Source: an uncultured delta proteobacterium (GTDB taxonomy: Bacteria; Myxococcota_A; Polyangia; Polyangiales; Polyangiaceae). From it: DNA of 64,000 nt. A program made the position numbers and the translations under genes. The notes beneath the pieces were generated by a model. That model saw nothing but the letters and a program-made list of their open reading frames with translations. It did no database searches and was not told where the DNA came from. Positions 1-9,143 of the stretch are shown one piece after another (the first letter of the stretch is position 1; every line of letters begins with the position of its first letter). Location: the NCBI GenBank assembly GCA_963696385.1, contig CAVOKF010000005.1, positions 512,001 through 576,000 on the forward strand. The letters run 5' to 3'.

Positions 1-648
1 GCAACGGGAGTGAGCGGCACCACGTTCCAGTCGACGACGTTGCCTGCGGCGCAGCGCTCGGGGCTGCTCACCACGGCCGCTTGGCTCACGCTGAACGGCG
101 ACCCGGCCGGGTCGAATCCGGTGTACCGAGGTCACTCGCTCTACACCCAAATGCTGTGTGGGATCATTCCGGCGCCACCGCCCAACGTGCCGCCTCCCGC
201 AGCCGCCTCCGCGGGCGGAACGACGCGCCAGCGCTTCCAGATGCACGATCAGCAGGCGTGCGCGGTCGGGTGCCACAGCCTGATGGACCCCTACGGGTAT
301 ACGTTTGAGAATTACGATGGCCTCGGCGAATGGCGGACGACGGACAACGGTCTTCCGGTCGATGCATCGATCGCGATCGCGCTGGACGGAAAGAGCGTCA
401 CCGTCGCCAATGCCGTCGCGATGACCCCGCTTTTGGCCCAGAGCCCCACCGCCCAAGAGTGCTTTACGGCTCAGTGGCTCACCTACGGCTTGGGCCGAAC
501 CGTTACGAGCGACGATGCCGCGTCGGCCCAAGCGGCCCAAACCGCATTCGAGAGCGCCAATTTCAAAGTAACCACCCTGTTGTCGAGCCTGGCAAGCTCA
601 CGCACGTTCCGCTACCGGACCCCGTCTGCGGGAGAGGTGCTCCAATGA
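1..648 (+). CDS. 3' part of a DUF1592/DUF1588/DUF1585-type protein (myxobacterial/planctomycete PSD-domain family), truncated by window start
   Basis: Frame open from base 1; motifs RSGLLT..AWL, SNPVYRG, TTRQRF, C...CH..MDPYG..FENYDGLGEWR, FRYR; stop overlaps next ATG (ATGA 645-648). Confidence 0.85.
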   Translation, partial: ATGVSGTTFQSTTLPAAQRSGLLTTAAWLTLNGDPAGSNPVYRGHSLYTQMLCGIIPAPPPNVPPPAAASAGGTTRQRFQMHDQQACAVGCHSLMDPYGYTFENYDGLGEWRTTDNGLPVDASIAIALDGKSVTVANAVAMTPLLAQSPTAQECFTAQWLTYGLGRTVTSDDAASAQAAQTAFESANFKVTTLLSSLASSRTFRYRTPSAGEVLQ

Positions 649-1949
649 TTTTGAAAGAGAAATATTCGAGGCGAGCCCTCCTCAAGGCCATTGGCGGAGG
701 CGCGGCTCTACTGCCCATCTTGAACAACGAGGCATTTGCTGCCGACGGCGGTCCCGATGCTGGCTTGACGAGCGGCGGCTTCCCGAAGCGGCTCATCACC
801 GTCACCTGGACGAACGGCATTTACGGCTGCAGCAAGTGGAGCAACACGACGCAGGCGCTCACCGCGGCGAACCTCCCGGCCATTATGTCGCCTCTGTCAC
901 CGTACGTGGCGAAGATGATTCTCCCTCGCGGGGTCAATCTCCAGGCCGAGTTCGACGTAAACCAGTACGGCGGGCACTTTGGCTATCCGTGCATCCTGAC
1001 AGGCACCCAAAACGGCTCCTCTCCATCGATCGACTCGCTCATCTCCACCCAATTGACGTCTCAGGGCGTGGTGAAGCCGCAGCTCAACCTCGGGTGTCTT
1101 CCGGAGGGCAGCTACACGAGCTGGAGCACGACCGGCCACAATACCCAAATCACCAATCCTTATACGCTATTCAACCAGCTCTTCCCGAACGCGACGATGT
1201 CGACGAGCCAGCTGTCGGCGATCTCGCAGCGGAGAGCGAGTGTCCTGGACCTCGTCTCCACCCAGCTGACGGCATTTCAAAACATCATCGGTACCGACGA
1301 CAAGGTGAAGATTCAGAGTCACCTCAACTCGGTCCGTCAGCTGGAAATGGATCTGCAGGCGGCCGTTGCGACGTGTACCCCGCCGACGCTGACCCCTCAG
1401 GGCCTGTCGTTCAGTGGCATTACGAACTACACGAGTCAGGTCAACTTCATGATGCGTCTCGCAGCCGCCGCGGTGACCTGCGGCATCTCGCGGGCCGTTA
1501 CGCTGGACCTCATCAACGACGGGGGCGGTGACATCTTGACCTTCCCATGGCTAACCCCGCCGATCAACAGCCCGGACTACCATGCGATCGCGCACCAAGG
1601 CGCCGCCGGTGCGACCAACAAAACCGCGATCGACACGTGGTGGTATACGCAGGTTGCAACGCTGCTGGCCGCACTCGACTCCTCGACCGAAGGGTCATCG
1701 ACGGCGCTCGACAACAGTCTCGTCTTCCTCTGCAACGACATGCGTGAAGGCAACGACCATTACTCTGCCCAAATCGCCTTCGTCATGATTGGCAGCTTGG
1801 GTGGCTACTTCAACACCGGGCAGTGGGTCGCGCTCGCCGATACCCCGAATAACAAGCTGTTGACGACGATTTGCCACGGGATGGGGCTGCAAGTGGCGGG
1901 TGTCGGCGAGAGCAAGTACACGGGAGATGTCGACTCGTCGCTGACGTGA
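645..1949 (+). CDS. DUF1552-family protein, Tat-like N-terminus
   Basis: ATG at 645 coupled to upstream stop; SRRALLK; SIDSLI, NPYTLFNQLF, RRASVLDLV, DKVKIQSHL, LDNSLV, NKLLTTI motifs; usual partner of the upstream family. Confidence 0.85.
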   Translation: MILKEKYSRRALLKAIGGGAALLPILNNEAFAADGGPDAGLTSGGFPKRLITVTWTNGIYGCSKWSNTTQALTAANLPAIMSPLSPYVAKMILPRGVNLQAEFDVNQYGGHFGYPCILTGTQNGSSPSIDSLISTQLTSQGVVKPQLNLGCLPEGSYTSWSTTGHNTQITNPYTLFNQLFPNATMSTSQLSAISQRRASVLDLVSTQLTAFQNIIGTDDKVKIQSHLNSVRQLEMDLQAAVATCTPPTLTPQGLSFSGITNYTSQVNFMMRLAAAAVTCGISRAVTLDLINDGGGDILTFPWLTPPINSPDYHAIAHQGAAGATNKTAIDTWWYTQVATLLAALDSSTEGSSTALDNSLVFLCNDMREGNDHYSAQIAFVMIGSLGGYFNTGQWVALADTPNNKLLTTICHGMGLQVAGVGESKYTGDVDSSLT

Positions 1950-2059
1950 TCGGCCGGCATTGAGTCAAACGTCCGGCGCGGAGTGAAGTGGCGACGGGCG
2001 CCTGGAAGTTCCCGCTCGCAGCAAGCCGCACCGCTCAGGTCGGCCTGCGCGGGTGGAAC

Positions 2060-3412
2060 ATGAGGCGCTCGACACCCATCGGCTCGGTTCCAACGGATCG
2101 ATGGCGCCGGCATCAGCACGGCGTGGGGTGGGTCGCGATCGCCGCGATCCTTGCCGGCTGCGGATCCTCTTCCGAGGCTCCGACCGCGAGTAGCGTCACG
2201 GCGATCGCGTCGGCGGACGCCGGTGGGTGCACGTCGACCGGCCAACCGGACGCGGGCCCAGACGCCTCGGCAGGGCCGCCGCCGATCGTTGTCGATACGG
2301 TCGACTCGGAGACGCGCCCCGTCCAAGGCGTGTGCTCGCTCGACATGGCCGTCGCGGCGCTCGCCCGTCAGGCGGACTACGGTGGCTGCAAGAACGCCCT
2401 AGGCGCGACTTCGATCTCGATCCCCGGCGGTACGTTTGACATTTCGAGCGGGCTGTCGCTGGGGCTGTCGGCCGCGATCCCGACGGCGGTCTCCCTGGTC
2501 GGGCACGGTGTCGACGTGACGATCCTCGACACGAACGGCTCGGTCAGCCCTGCGGTCGACATCGACGGGTTGACCGTCACGCTGTCGCAGCTCACGGTGC
2601 GCGAAACCGCGCCGCTGACGACTGCGGCCACCACCGGCATTCGCCTCGATCAGAATGCCCTGGTGACGCTCGATCACGTGAGGGTCACGGGCTTCACCGA
2701 TAGCGGGGTGTGGAATGCGAATGCCACACTGACCGTGACGGCGTCCACGATCGACGCCAACTCGAACAGCCGATTCGGTGGGGGTCTCTACCAAGCGGCT
2801 CAGGACGCGACGGCCGCTCCGACGACGTTCGTCAACTACAGTACGATCTCCGGCAACAGCGCTGTACTCGGCGGAGGCATCTACAATCTCGGTTACCTCA
2901 ATCTCATGTATTCGACGATTGCCGGAAATACGGCGACGGGCGGAAAGGGCGGCGGCATCTACATGAAAAATGATTACCTCGAAACCGCCCACTGCACGAT
3001 CGCCTTCAACGATGCGACGGCCGGCGGTCTTGGCGGGGGCGTTTACGTCGACCCCTCGATCCAAGCCAACGTTCATATCAATTCGTCGATCATCGCGGAC
3101 AATACCGCATCGTCTGCGGCTCCGGACTATTCCGGACTCCTGAGAGACCCGTACACTCAGTTGTACGATGCGGACGTCCTGGGCAGCGCGGCCGGGGTGA
3201 CGACGGGAAAAGCCTTCATCGACATCGTGAAGGACCCGTTGCTGGGTGCCCTGGGCGACAACGGCGGGCCGACACAAACCTGCGCGCTGCTGGCAAAGTC
3301 TCCGGCCATCGACGCGTCGCGCCCCTTCCCGAGGTCCTTGATGGACCAACGCCTCTATTGCGCCCCCTACGGATCCAAATCCGATGTAGGGGCTTTCGAA
3401 TGGCGCCCGTGA
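2060..3412 (+). CDS. Lipoprotein with beta-helix repeats, CSLREA-like motif and choice-of-anchor Q-like C-terminus
   Basis: Lipobox ILAGC; GVCSLDMAV; repeated STI.GN.A..GGGIY; DPLLGALGDNGGPTQT.ALL..SPAIDA...DQR...DVGAFE; start uncertain. Confidence 0.75.
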   Translation: MRRSTPIGSVPTDRWRRHQHGVGWVAIAAILAGCGSSSEAPTASSVTAIASADAGGCTSTGQPDAGPDASAGPPPIVVDTVDSETRPVQGVCSLDMAVAALARQADYGGCKNALGATSISIPGGTFDISSGLSLGLSAAIPTAVSLVGHGVDVTILDTNGSVSPAVDIDGLTVTLSQLTVRETAPLTTAATTGIRLDQNALVTLDHVRVTGFTDSGVWNANATLTVTASTIDANSNSRFGGGLYQAAQDATAAPTTFVNYSTISGNSAVLGGGIYNLGYLNLMYSTIAGNTATGGKGGGIYMKNDYLETAHCTIAFNDATAGGLGGGVYVDPSIQANVHINSSIIADNTASSAAPDYSGLLRDPYTQLYDADVLGSAAGVTTGKAFIDIVKDPLLGALGDNGGPTQTCALLAKSPAIDASRPFPRSLMDQRLYCAPYGSKSDVGAFEWRP

Positions 3413-3607
3413 TCCACCGCGTCGCCGCTTTCCGAGTGATCGATCCGGGTGCCCACCGCATTTAAGGGGGGGACAATACGCGCGCGCGCGTGTTTACCGA
3501 GCCGATGTCCCCCCTATCGCCCGCCGACGCCCCGCACTTGCGCGCGGGGTGGTCGGCACGCTCGGGGCGGCCCGAGCCCTCGCGTCTGCGGGGGACGGCC
3601 CCAACTG

Positions 3608-4780
3608 CTACCGGATTCCCGTGCAGCCAATTTGCCCGTTGGCCGCATCATCGATGGCGAGGTCGTCGAACCATATGACGAACGGGCTCGCGATGGCGCC
3701 CGTCCCCTGGTAGAAGGTGGCGCCCACGATGACCGCCGTGTAGTCGGACATCCCGGTATTGCCGTTGGCTTTGGTCCCGGCCCCGCCGTCCGGTCCCGGA
3801 CCGAACGAAAGCGAAGGCACCTCGACGGAATCCGTGAAGAAGCGGTAGGCCTGAGTTGTAACGTCCACATACCATTCGGCACAGTGCCACGCCGCATCGT
3901 AAGTCCAGCTGTACGGCGACTGCGTGCAGCAGCTGTCGCTCGGCACGTTGAAGAGCCATTGATGCTCGTTGGTGTTGGTCATCTCGACGGTATCGACGAT
4001 GCGATCCTCGCCGCCGGATCCATTGAGCGAGACGAACGTGACGTGGAGATAAGTGTTCGGCTTGGGCGACGGTGACTGGACCTTGTAAAAGATCCGCCCC
4101 CAATGGTTGTAGGCCGCCGTGCCGATGCTGGCGATGGCTTTTTGAGCCCGGGCTTGCCCCTTGTCCATCGAATCGCTCTCCAAGGATTGCTTGCCGGAGT
4201 GAAACTCATTGCTCGCAAGAGCGACATCTGTGGGGCCAACCGCGCCATATCCTTGGAACTCGGTCCACCCGGTCGGATAGCCTCCTACCGTGCCGGTCTC
4301 GAAATCCTCACAGAGCTTGTAGGTCGACCCCGCGCAGGTCGGGAATGGCCCCCCATCGGCTTGGTTTACCGGATTGCTGACCACCATTCCACCGTCATTG
4401 CCCGCGCCGCCGCCCGACGACGAACTGCCGTTACCGGACTGCGGGCTCGTCGACCCGCTGTCGTCTGAAGGGCCGGGGCCCGAATTGCCGGTGGGCGCCG
4501 CACTGGATCCGCCCGCCGATCCACCGGTCGAGGAGGCACTGGCGTTGCTCGTGCCGAGGGAAGCATCGTTCCCCTCTGCGGCGGTCGAAGCGCTGGCGGT
4601 CCCCGCTTCATTGTCGCCGGCCGCTGCGGCGGCCGCTCCCGACCCCGTTCCCGCGACCGCTCCGTTCGTGCATGCCGGGTGCGCCATGAAAAGCAGCGCA
4701 AGCAGAGGCATCGGGGTTCGTTGCGCGACCCGCCAGCTCAGGCGCTTGAGACCGATTTGTCCGGGCGAAGTCACACGCAT
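3608..4780 (-). CDS. Secreted/lipoprotein with Ser/Gly/Ala-rich linker and C-terminal beta-sandwich (Cip1/polysaccharide-lyase-like) domain
   Basis: Hydrophobic N-terminus with Cys; low-complexity linker; LCEDFE...WHCAEW...IWFDDLAID pattern; GGGAG upstream on minus strand. Confidence 0.6.
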   Translation of the reverse strand: MRVTSPGQIGLKRLSWRVAQRTPMPLLALLFMAHPACTNGAVAGTGSGAAAAAAGDNEAGTASASTAAEGNDASLGTSNASASSTGGSAGGSSAAPTGNSGPGPSDDSGSTSPQSGNGSSSSGGGAGNDGGMVVSNPVNQADGGPFPTCAGSTYKLCEDFETGTVGGYPTGWTEFQGYGAVGPTDVALASNEFHSGKQSLESDSMDKGQARAQKAIASIGTAAYNHWGRIFYKVQSPSPKPNTYLHVTFVSLNGSGGEDRIVDTVEMTNTNEHQWLFNVPSDSCCTQSPYSWTYDAAWHCAEWYVDVTTQAYRFFTDSVEVPSLSFGPGPDGGAGTKANGNTGMSDYTAVIVGATFYQGTGAIASPFVIWFDDLAIDDAANGQIGCTGIR

Positions 4781-5237
4781 TTCATAGACTCCCTTTTGGT
4801 TTTGCAGTGGTCAGGTAGCAGAAGTTCGGCTCAAATCCGGCCAAATTGCGCCATCGATGCAGATTTGCATGGACGGTGGCATTCGCTCCACCGCGGTCTC
4901 GCCTCCCTCACACGCGTCGCCTTCGAGCGGGCTGCGCACGGCGCACTGAGCGCCATGGCGAGACGGAGTCTCTGACAGATCCCACGCGGGCCGCACCTGT
5001 GCGTTGCGGAGCGGCCACCCAAACGACCCCAAGCGCGCGAATAGCCGCCGCAAAAAAATCCTCTGCGCTCGCCTCCATGATCCCTGGCAACTGTGGGCAG
5101 CGAAGGACGTGCCGTCCAGTCCGGCCGGGCGCTTCGTGTGGGCCGCCGTGAGACCGGCGGGTCGCAAGCCTGAACGCGTTCGGGCTGACCGCGACGATTC
5201 GTGGGCCGTGCGCGTGCGTCGCTACTACTGTGAAACG

Positions 5238-6890
5238 ATGAGCCGCGTCTTCGTGTCCGGCACCGCCGCGCTTGTTTTTGTCGGCTGTGGCCTGATCGCG
5301 CAGGGGCCCCAAGAGCTCGAGAAGCCCGAACCATCGTCGCCCACCCTCTTCGCGGCGAACAGCTCCGCGTCCAGTGCGACCGCGTCGATCGGTGTCGGTT
5401 CCGGCAGCTCGGGCTCCATGAGCTCCGCCTCGAGTGCCTCAGGCTCGACCACCAGCGCGGACCAAGACGGCGGCGATGCGGAAACCACGGAAGCCGGCAG
5501 CGACGGCGGCAACGGGCAACCCACGGAAGCCGGCGGCGATGGCGGCAACGCGCAACCCACGGAAGCCGGAAGCGATGGCGGCGACGCGCAACCCGTCGAA
5601 GGCGGCAGTGAGGGCGATGCGCAGCCCGCCGAAGCCGGCAGTGACGACGCTGCGAGCGTGGACGCGACCACCGCGGACGCCGTCGGCGGCAGCTGTGAGG
5701 GCGGGGCGACGCTGTGCTCCGGCGATGCCGTCGAGACGTGCGGTCTGGATGGACGGTGGGGCCCCCCTTGGACGTGCGCGACGGGCACCTGCGCGGATGG
5801 CGGTTGCGTGGGCTCGACGACGACCGCTCCGAGTTGTGCGCCGGGCGGGCTTGGGTTGACCGACTGCGGCCCCGGGGGCAGCGGGACCGAAAGCTGTTGC
5901 ACGAGCCCGGAGGTGACGGGCGGGACCTTTTACCTGTCCGATGACCTCTTGGTCGGCGAGGATGGGGGTAGCCTGGGAGAAGTCCCCGATGATCCCGCTT
6001 CGGTGAGTGGCTTTCGGCTGGACAAGTACTTGGTCACGGTAGGCCGCTTTCGGCAGTACGTGAATTACTTGACGACCGCGGGCGGGGCACCGCCTGCGAA
6101 CGGCAGCGGCATCCACACGCATGTGAACGGGGGTCTGGGACTGGTGAGCGAGATGAGCGCGCCGTCGGTCAGTGACGGTCTCTTCGGACCACCGGGACCC
6201 CCAGTGTACGAGACGGGCTGGGATGCGACCGACTGGAACGCGCAAATCGCTACTGGATCGGATGCACCCACAACGTGGAGCGCGAATCTCTCGTGCACCA
6301 CGTCGAGCCAACTCCCCGTCGCTTCCGGGTCCAACAGAGCCGCGACGTGGTCGACGGTGGCCGGAAGCCAAGACAATCTGCCCATCAACTGCGTGGACTG
6401 GTACGAGGCCTACGCGTTCTGCATCTGGGACGGGGGCTTCTTGCCGAGCGAGGCAGAGTGGCAGTACGTCGAGGTGGGCGGCAGCCAGCAGCTCGAGGAG
6501 CCATGGGGCTCGGCCGCTCCGGGAACCCGCAACCAGTATGCGATCTACGGCTGCTTGTATGGCTCGGGGACCTGCGGGCTAGAGAGCATCGCGCCCGTGG
6601 GAACGGCGTTGTTGGGAATCGCCTACTGGGGCCAGCTCGACATGGTGGGCGAGGTACTCGAGTGGAACCTCGACTTTGCGGGCGGCTACGGCGGCACCCT
6701 CACGTGGTCGGCTCTTTCCGGCCCGTGCCCGAACTGCGCCTTTCTAACCCCGACAATGTCCCATGCTCTCCCCACGCGGGAGCGCGGGGGCGTCGCCTTC
6801 GACGAGGAGTATTCGACTCCGCAGCGTGGCGGCAACGTCGCCACCTACCGCGACGTCGGCATCGGGTTCCGGTGTGCGCGGACGCCCTGA
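5238..6890 (+). CDS. FGE-sulfatase (SUMF1/EgtB/PvdO) family lipoprotein
   Basis: Lipobox FVGC; FRLDKYLVTVGRF, PINCVDWYEAYAFCIWDGGFLPSEAEW, DMVGEVLEW, IGFRCAR. Confidence 0.85.
   Translation: MSRVFVSGTAALVFVGCGLIAQGPQELEKPEPSSPTLFAANSSASSATASIGVGSGSSGSMSSASSASGSTTSADQDGGDAETTEAGSDGGNGQPTEAGGDGGNAQPTEAGSDGGDAQPVEGGSEGDAQPAEAGSDDAASVDATTADAVGGSCEGGATLCSGDAVETCGLDGRWGPPWTCATGTCADGGCVGSTTTAPSCAPGGLGLTDCGPGGSGTESCCTSPEVTGGTFYLSDDLLVGEDGGSLGEVPDDPASVSGFRLDKYLVTVGRFRQYVNYLTTAGGAPPANGSGIHTHVNGGLGLVSEMSAPSVSDGLFGPPGPPVYETGWDATDWNAQIATGSDAPTTWSANLSCTTSSQLPVASGSNRAATWSTVAGSQDNLPINCVDWYEAYAFCIWDGGFLPSEAEWQYVEVGGSQQLEEPWGSAAPGTRNQYAIYGCLYGSGTCGLESIAPVGTALLGIAYWGQLDMVGEVLEWNLDFAGGYGGTLTWSALSGPCPNCAFLTPTMSHALPTRERGGVAFDEEYSTPQRGGNVATYRDVGIGFRCARTP
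5487..5648 (+). repeat. Intragenic ~36-bp tandem repeat (TEAGSDGGxAQP-like, about 4.5 copies)
   Basis: Units start at 5487, 5523, 5559, 5595, 5628. Confidence 0.85.
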
Positions 6891-7495
6891 CGCGTCTCGC
6901 GACACGATTCGCCTGCCAGGGGTTCGCAACCGTCGAGGGGGCGCGACGAGGATCGATCCGATGGGCCGAACGCGAGCTCGGCGCCGTGGCCGGGTCGCTC
7001 ATGGGACAAAAGCCAGCGCTTGCGCTCGATGCCGCCGCCGTAGCCCGTGAGGGAACCATCCGCTCCAATCACGCGGTGACAGGGAACCACGATGCCGACC
7101 GGGTTGGCGCCGATGGCGAGACCGACGGCTCGAAAGGCGGTAGGACTTCCGATGTGTCGGGCGATGTCTCCGTACGAGCGGGTCTCGCCGCACGCAACCG
7201 TGCGAAGCGCGAGCCACACGGCGTTCTGGAACGGCGTGCCCGCCAGGGTCACCGGCAAGGTGTCGATCGCACTCCAATCGCCCCTGAAGTAGGCGCGGAT
7301 GGCCGACGTAAAACCCCCGGGATCCGACGCGGGCTCGAGCGACCAATCCTCGGCTCGCGCACGCAATCGGCGACGCATGGGCCGGCCATCGGTCCATCCG
7401 ACCACCCGCAGACATCCCCGGTCGTCCGCGACGATGGTCAGCTGGCCGAGAGGCGTATCCGTGTGATCGACGAAAAATGCAGGAGCTTTACTCAT
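6845..7495 (-). CDS. ogt: Methylated-DNA-protein-cysteine methyltransferase
   Basis: GTPFQ.AVW, GETRSYG, RAVG.A.GANP, PCHRV active site, LTGYGGGIERKRWLL; ATGA overlap with alkA stop at 7492-7495. Confidence 0.93.
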   Translation of the reverse strand: MSKAPAFFVDHTDTPLGQLTIVADDRGCLRVVGWTDGRPMRRRLRARAEDWSLEPASDPGGFTSAIRAYFRGDWSAIDTLPVTLAGTPFQNAVWLALRTVACGETRSYGDIARHIGSPTAFRAVGLAIGANPVGIVVPCHRVIGADGSLTGYGGGIERKRWLLSHERPGHGAELAFGPSDRSSSRPLDGCEPLAGESCRETRQGVRAHRNPMPTSR

Positions 7496-9014
7496 GGCGG
7501 GTCCTTCGCCCCGGAAGTCGGGGGCAGGCGAGGGCGCCGCGATGCCGCATCGGCCGCCCAGAGGTGCTGGGCGGCGTACGCGCGCCACGGGCGCCATCGC
7601 TCGGCGTGTCCGACGAGATCGTCCGCGGACAGGCGCTTGCCCCCGAGGCTCGCGACGGCGCGGAGCAGACCCGCGTCGCCGGCCGGGAAGGCGTCCGGCT
7701 CTCGCGCGGCTCGGAGCGCGATGACATGCGCGGTCCAGTCCCCGACGCCCCGGATGGCGCGTAGCCTCGCTACGGTTTTCTCGACGGTCTCGAGGGGCTG
7801 GAAAAGCAGCGGGTCGGCCGCTGCGGCGTGGGCCAGATCCTGGATCGTTTGACGGCGGAGCCTCGGCACCCGCAGCCTTCCGAGGTCCGCGCGAGCCACC
7901 TCGGCTGCGCTCGGAAAGGCGCGATCGAGCCCGAAATCTTCGCCATGGCCGGGCACGAACGGCGCGCCGCACAGGCGCGCGAGATCCCCCGCATGCTGGC
8001 GACCGGCTTGGACCGACACCTGTTGGCTCAGGACCGCCCTCACGGCCATCTCGAATCCGTCCCAGCCCCCGGGCGCACGCAATCCGGGTCGTTTGGCGAT
8101 CAGCGGAGCGAGCCACGGATCCCCCCGAGGTGCGCGCCGATGGTCACGACGTCGGCGCCGAGGTCGAACACGCTCCGAATGCGTGCGACGAGGGCAGGCA
8201 GCGCGCGGACGCTTGGAAAGCGCAGGGTCGCCGCGAGGCTCTGGACGTCCGGCCGATGGACGATCTCGACCGTGCCCGTCTGACCCTCGTGCGATACCGT
8301 TCGACGATAGATGCCGCGCTCGACGCGCTCGACGCCTTCGATGGCGCGTGCGCCGAGATAGGCCGTCATCGCGGCCCAGTCGTACGGAGGCCGATACCGG
8401 AGCCGGACGGTCACGCCCGTGCCCGCGAGCTGTGGCTCGGCCTGGGAGGCCCTGACCTTCCGGCGAAGGGCGCTCGGCGGTCTGTGGAACAGCCGCTGGA
8501 ATGTCTCGTTAAAGCGGCGAATGCTTCCGAAGCCCGCGGCTTGGGCGATCTCGGCCATGGGCATTCGGGTCTCGTGAATGAGCTGCTTCGCGAACAGGAC
8601 GCGCCGCGTTTGAGCTACGGCGATGGGGGAGGCCCCGAGATGGTGCATGAACAGGCGGCGGAGCTGCCGGCCGCCGACCCCCAGACGCTCCGCGAGCCAA
8701 TCCACGCTGGCCCCCTCGCCATCGAGCTCGCCGGCAGTAATGAGCGCGAGGCCCCGGAATACCGTATTCGACGTTCCTCGCCACGATCCGAAGTCGGGCG
8801 CCGTCTCGGGGCGACAGCGAAGGCACGGGCGGAACCCCGCCTCCTGGGCCGCCGCGGCCGACGCAAAGAAGCGGCAATGCTCGAACTTCGCGGGACGTGC
8901 CGGGCAAACCGGACGGCAGTAGATGCCCGTCGTCGTGACGCCGACAAACAAGCGCCCGTCGAATCGGGCGTCGTGCGTTTGAAGCGCTCGGTAACAGCCC
9001 TGAGGATCGAGCAT
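7492..9014 (-). pseudogene. alkA: AdaA-AlkA fusion (Ada Zn domain, AraC HTH, AlkA_N, HhH-GPD glycosylase) split by a 1-nt frameshift; may be a sequencing error
   Basis: GIYCRPVCPAR, GFRPCLRCRPE in 8100..9014; WDGFEMAVRAVLSQQVS, GVGDWTA, DAFPAGD, WRPWRAYA in 7492..8082; one extra G in the G6 run (C6 at 8121-8126) joins them as HLGGDPWLAPLIAKRPGLRAPG. Confidence 0.9.
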
Positions 9015-9143
9015 GATCGCGAACCCAACGTAATCTTCCGGGGCCTCCGGTGCTGGCGGTTTTCGGACCTGATCGCCAGTCGCAGTAACAGCCGGGCCTT
9101 TCCTTTCGTCGAGGGGAGATCCCATGCGAGTCCTCGCGGGCGA

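Noticed and set aside
5238..6890. FGE-sulfatase gene as a diversity-generating retroelement target
   Set aside because: No reverse transcriptase and no template repeat differing at adenines were seen in the window.
6845..6890. 46-nt convergent overlap of ogt and the FGE gene
   Set aside because: It involves only the apparently non-conserved ogt tail; late stops are common in GC-rich DNA.
9053..9068. CTGGCGGTTTTCGGAC upstream of ada/alkA as an Ada-type site
   Set aside because: The position is plausible, but it is single-copy in the window and cannot be supported without orthologue alignment.
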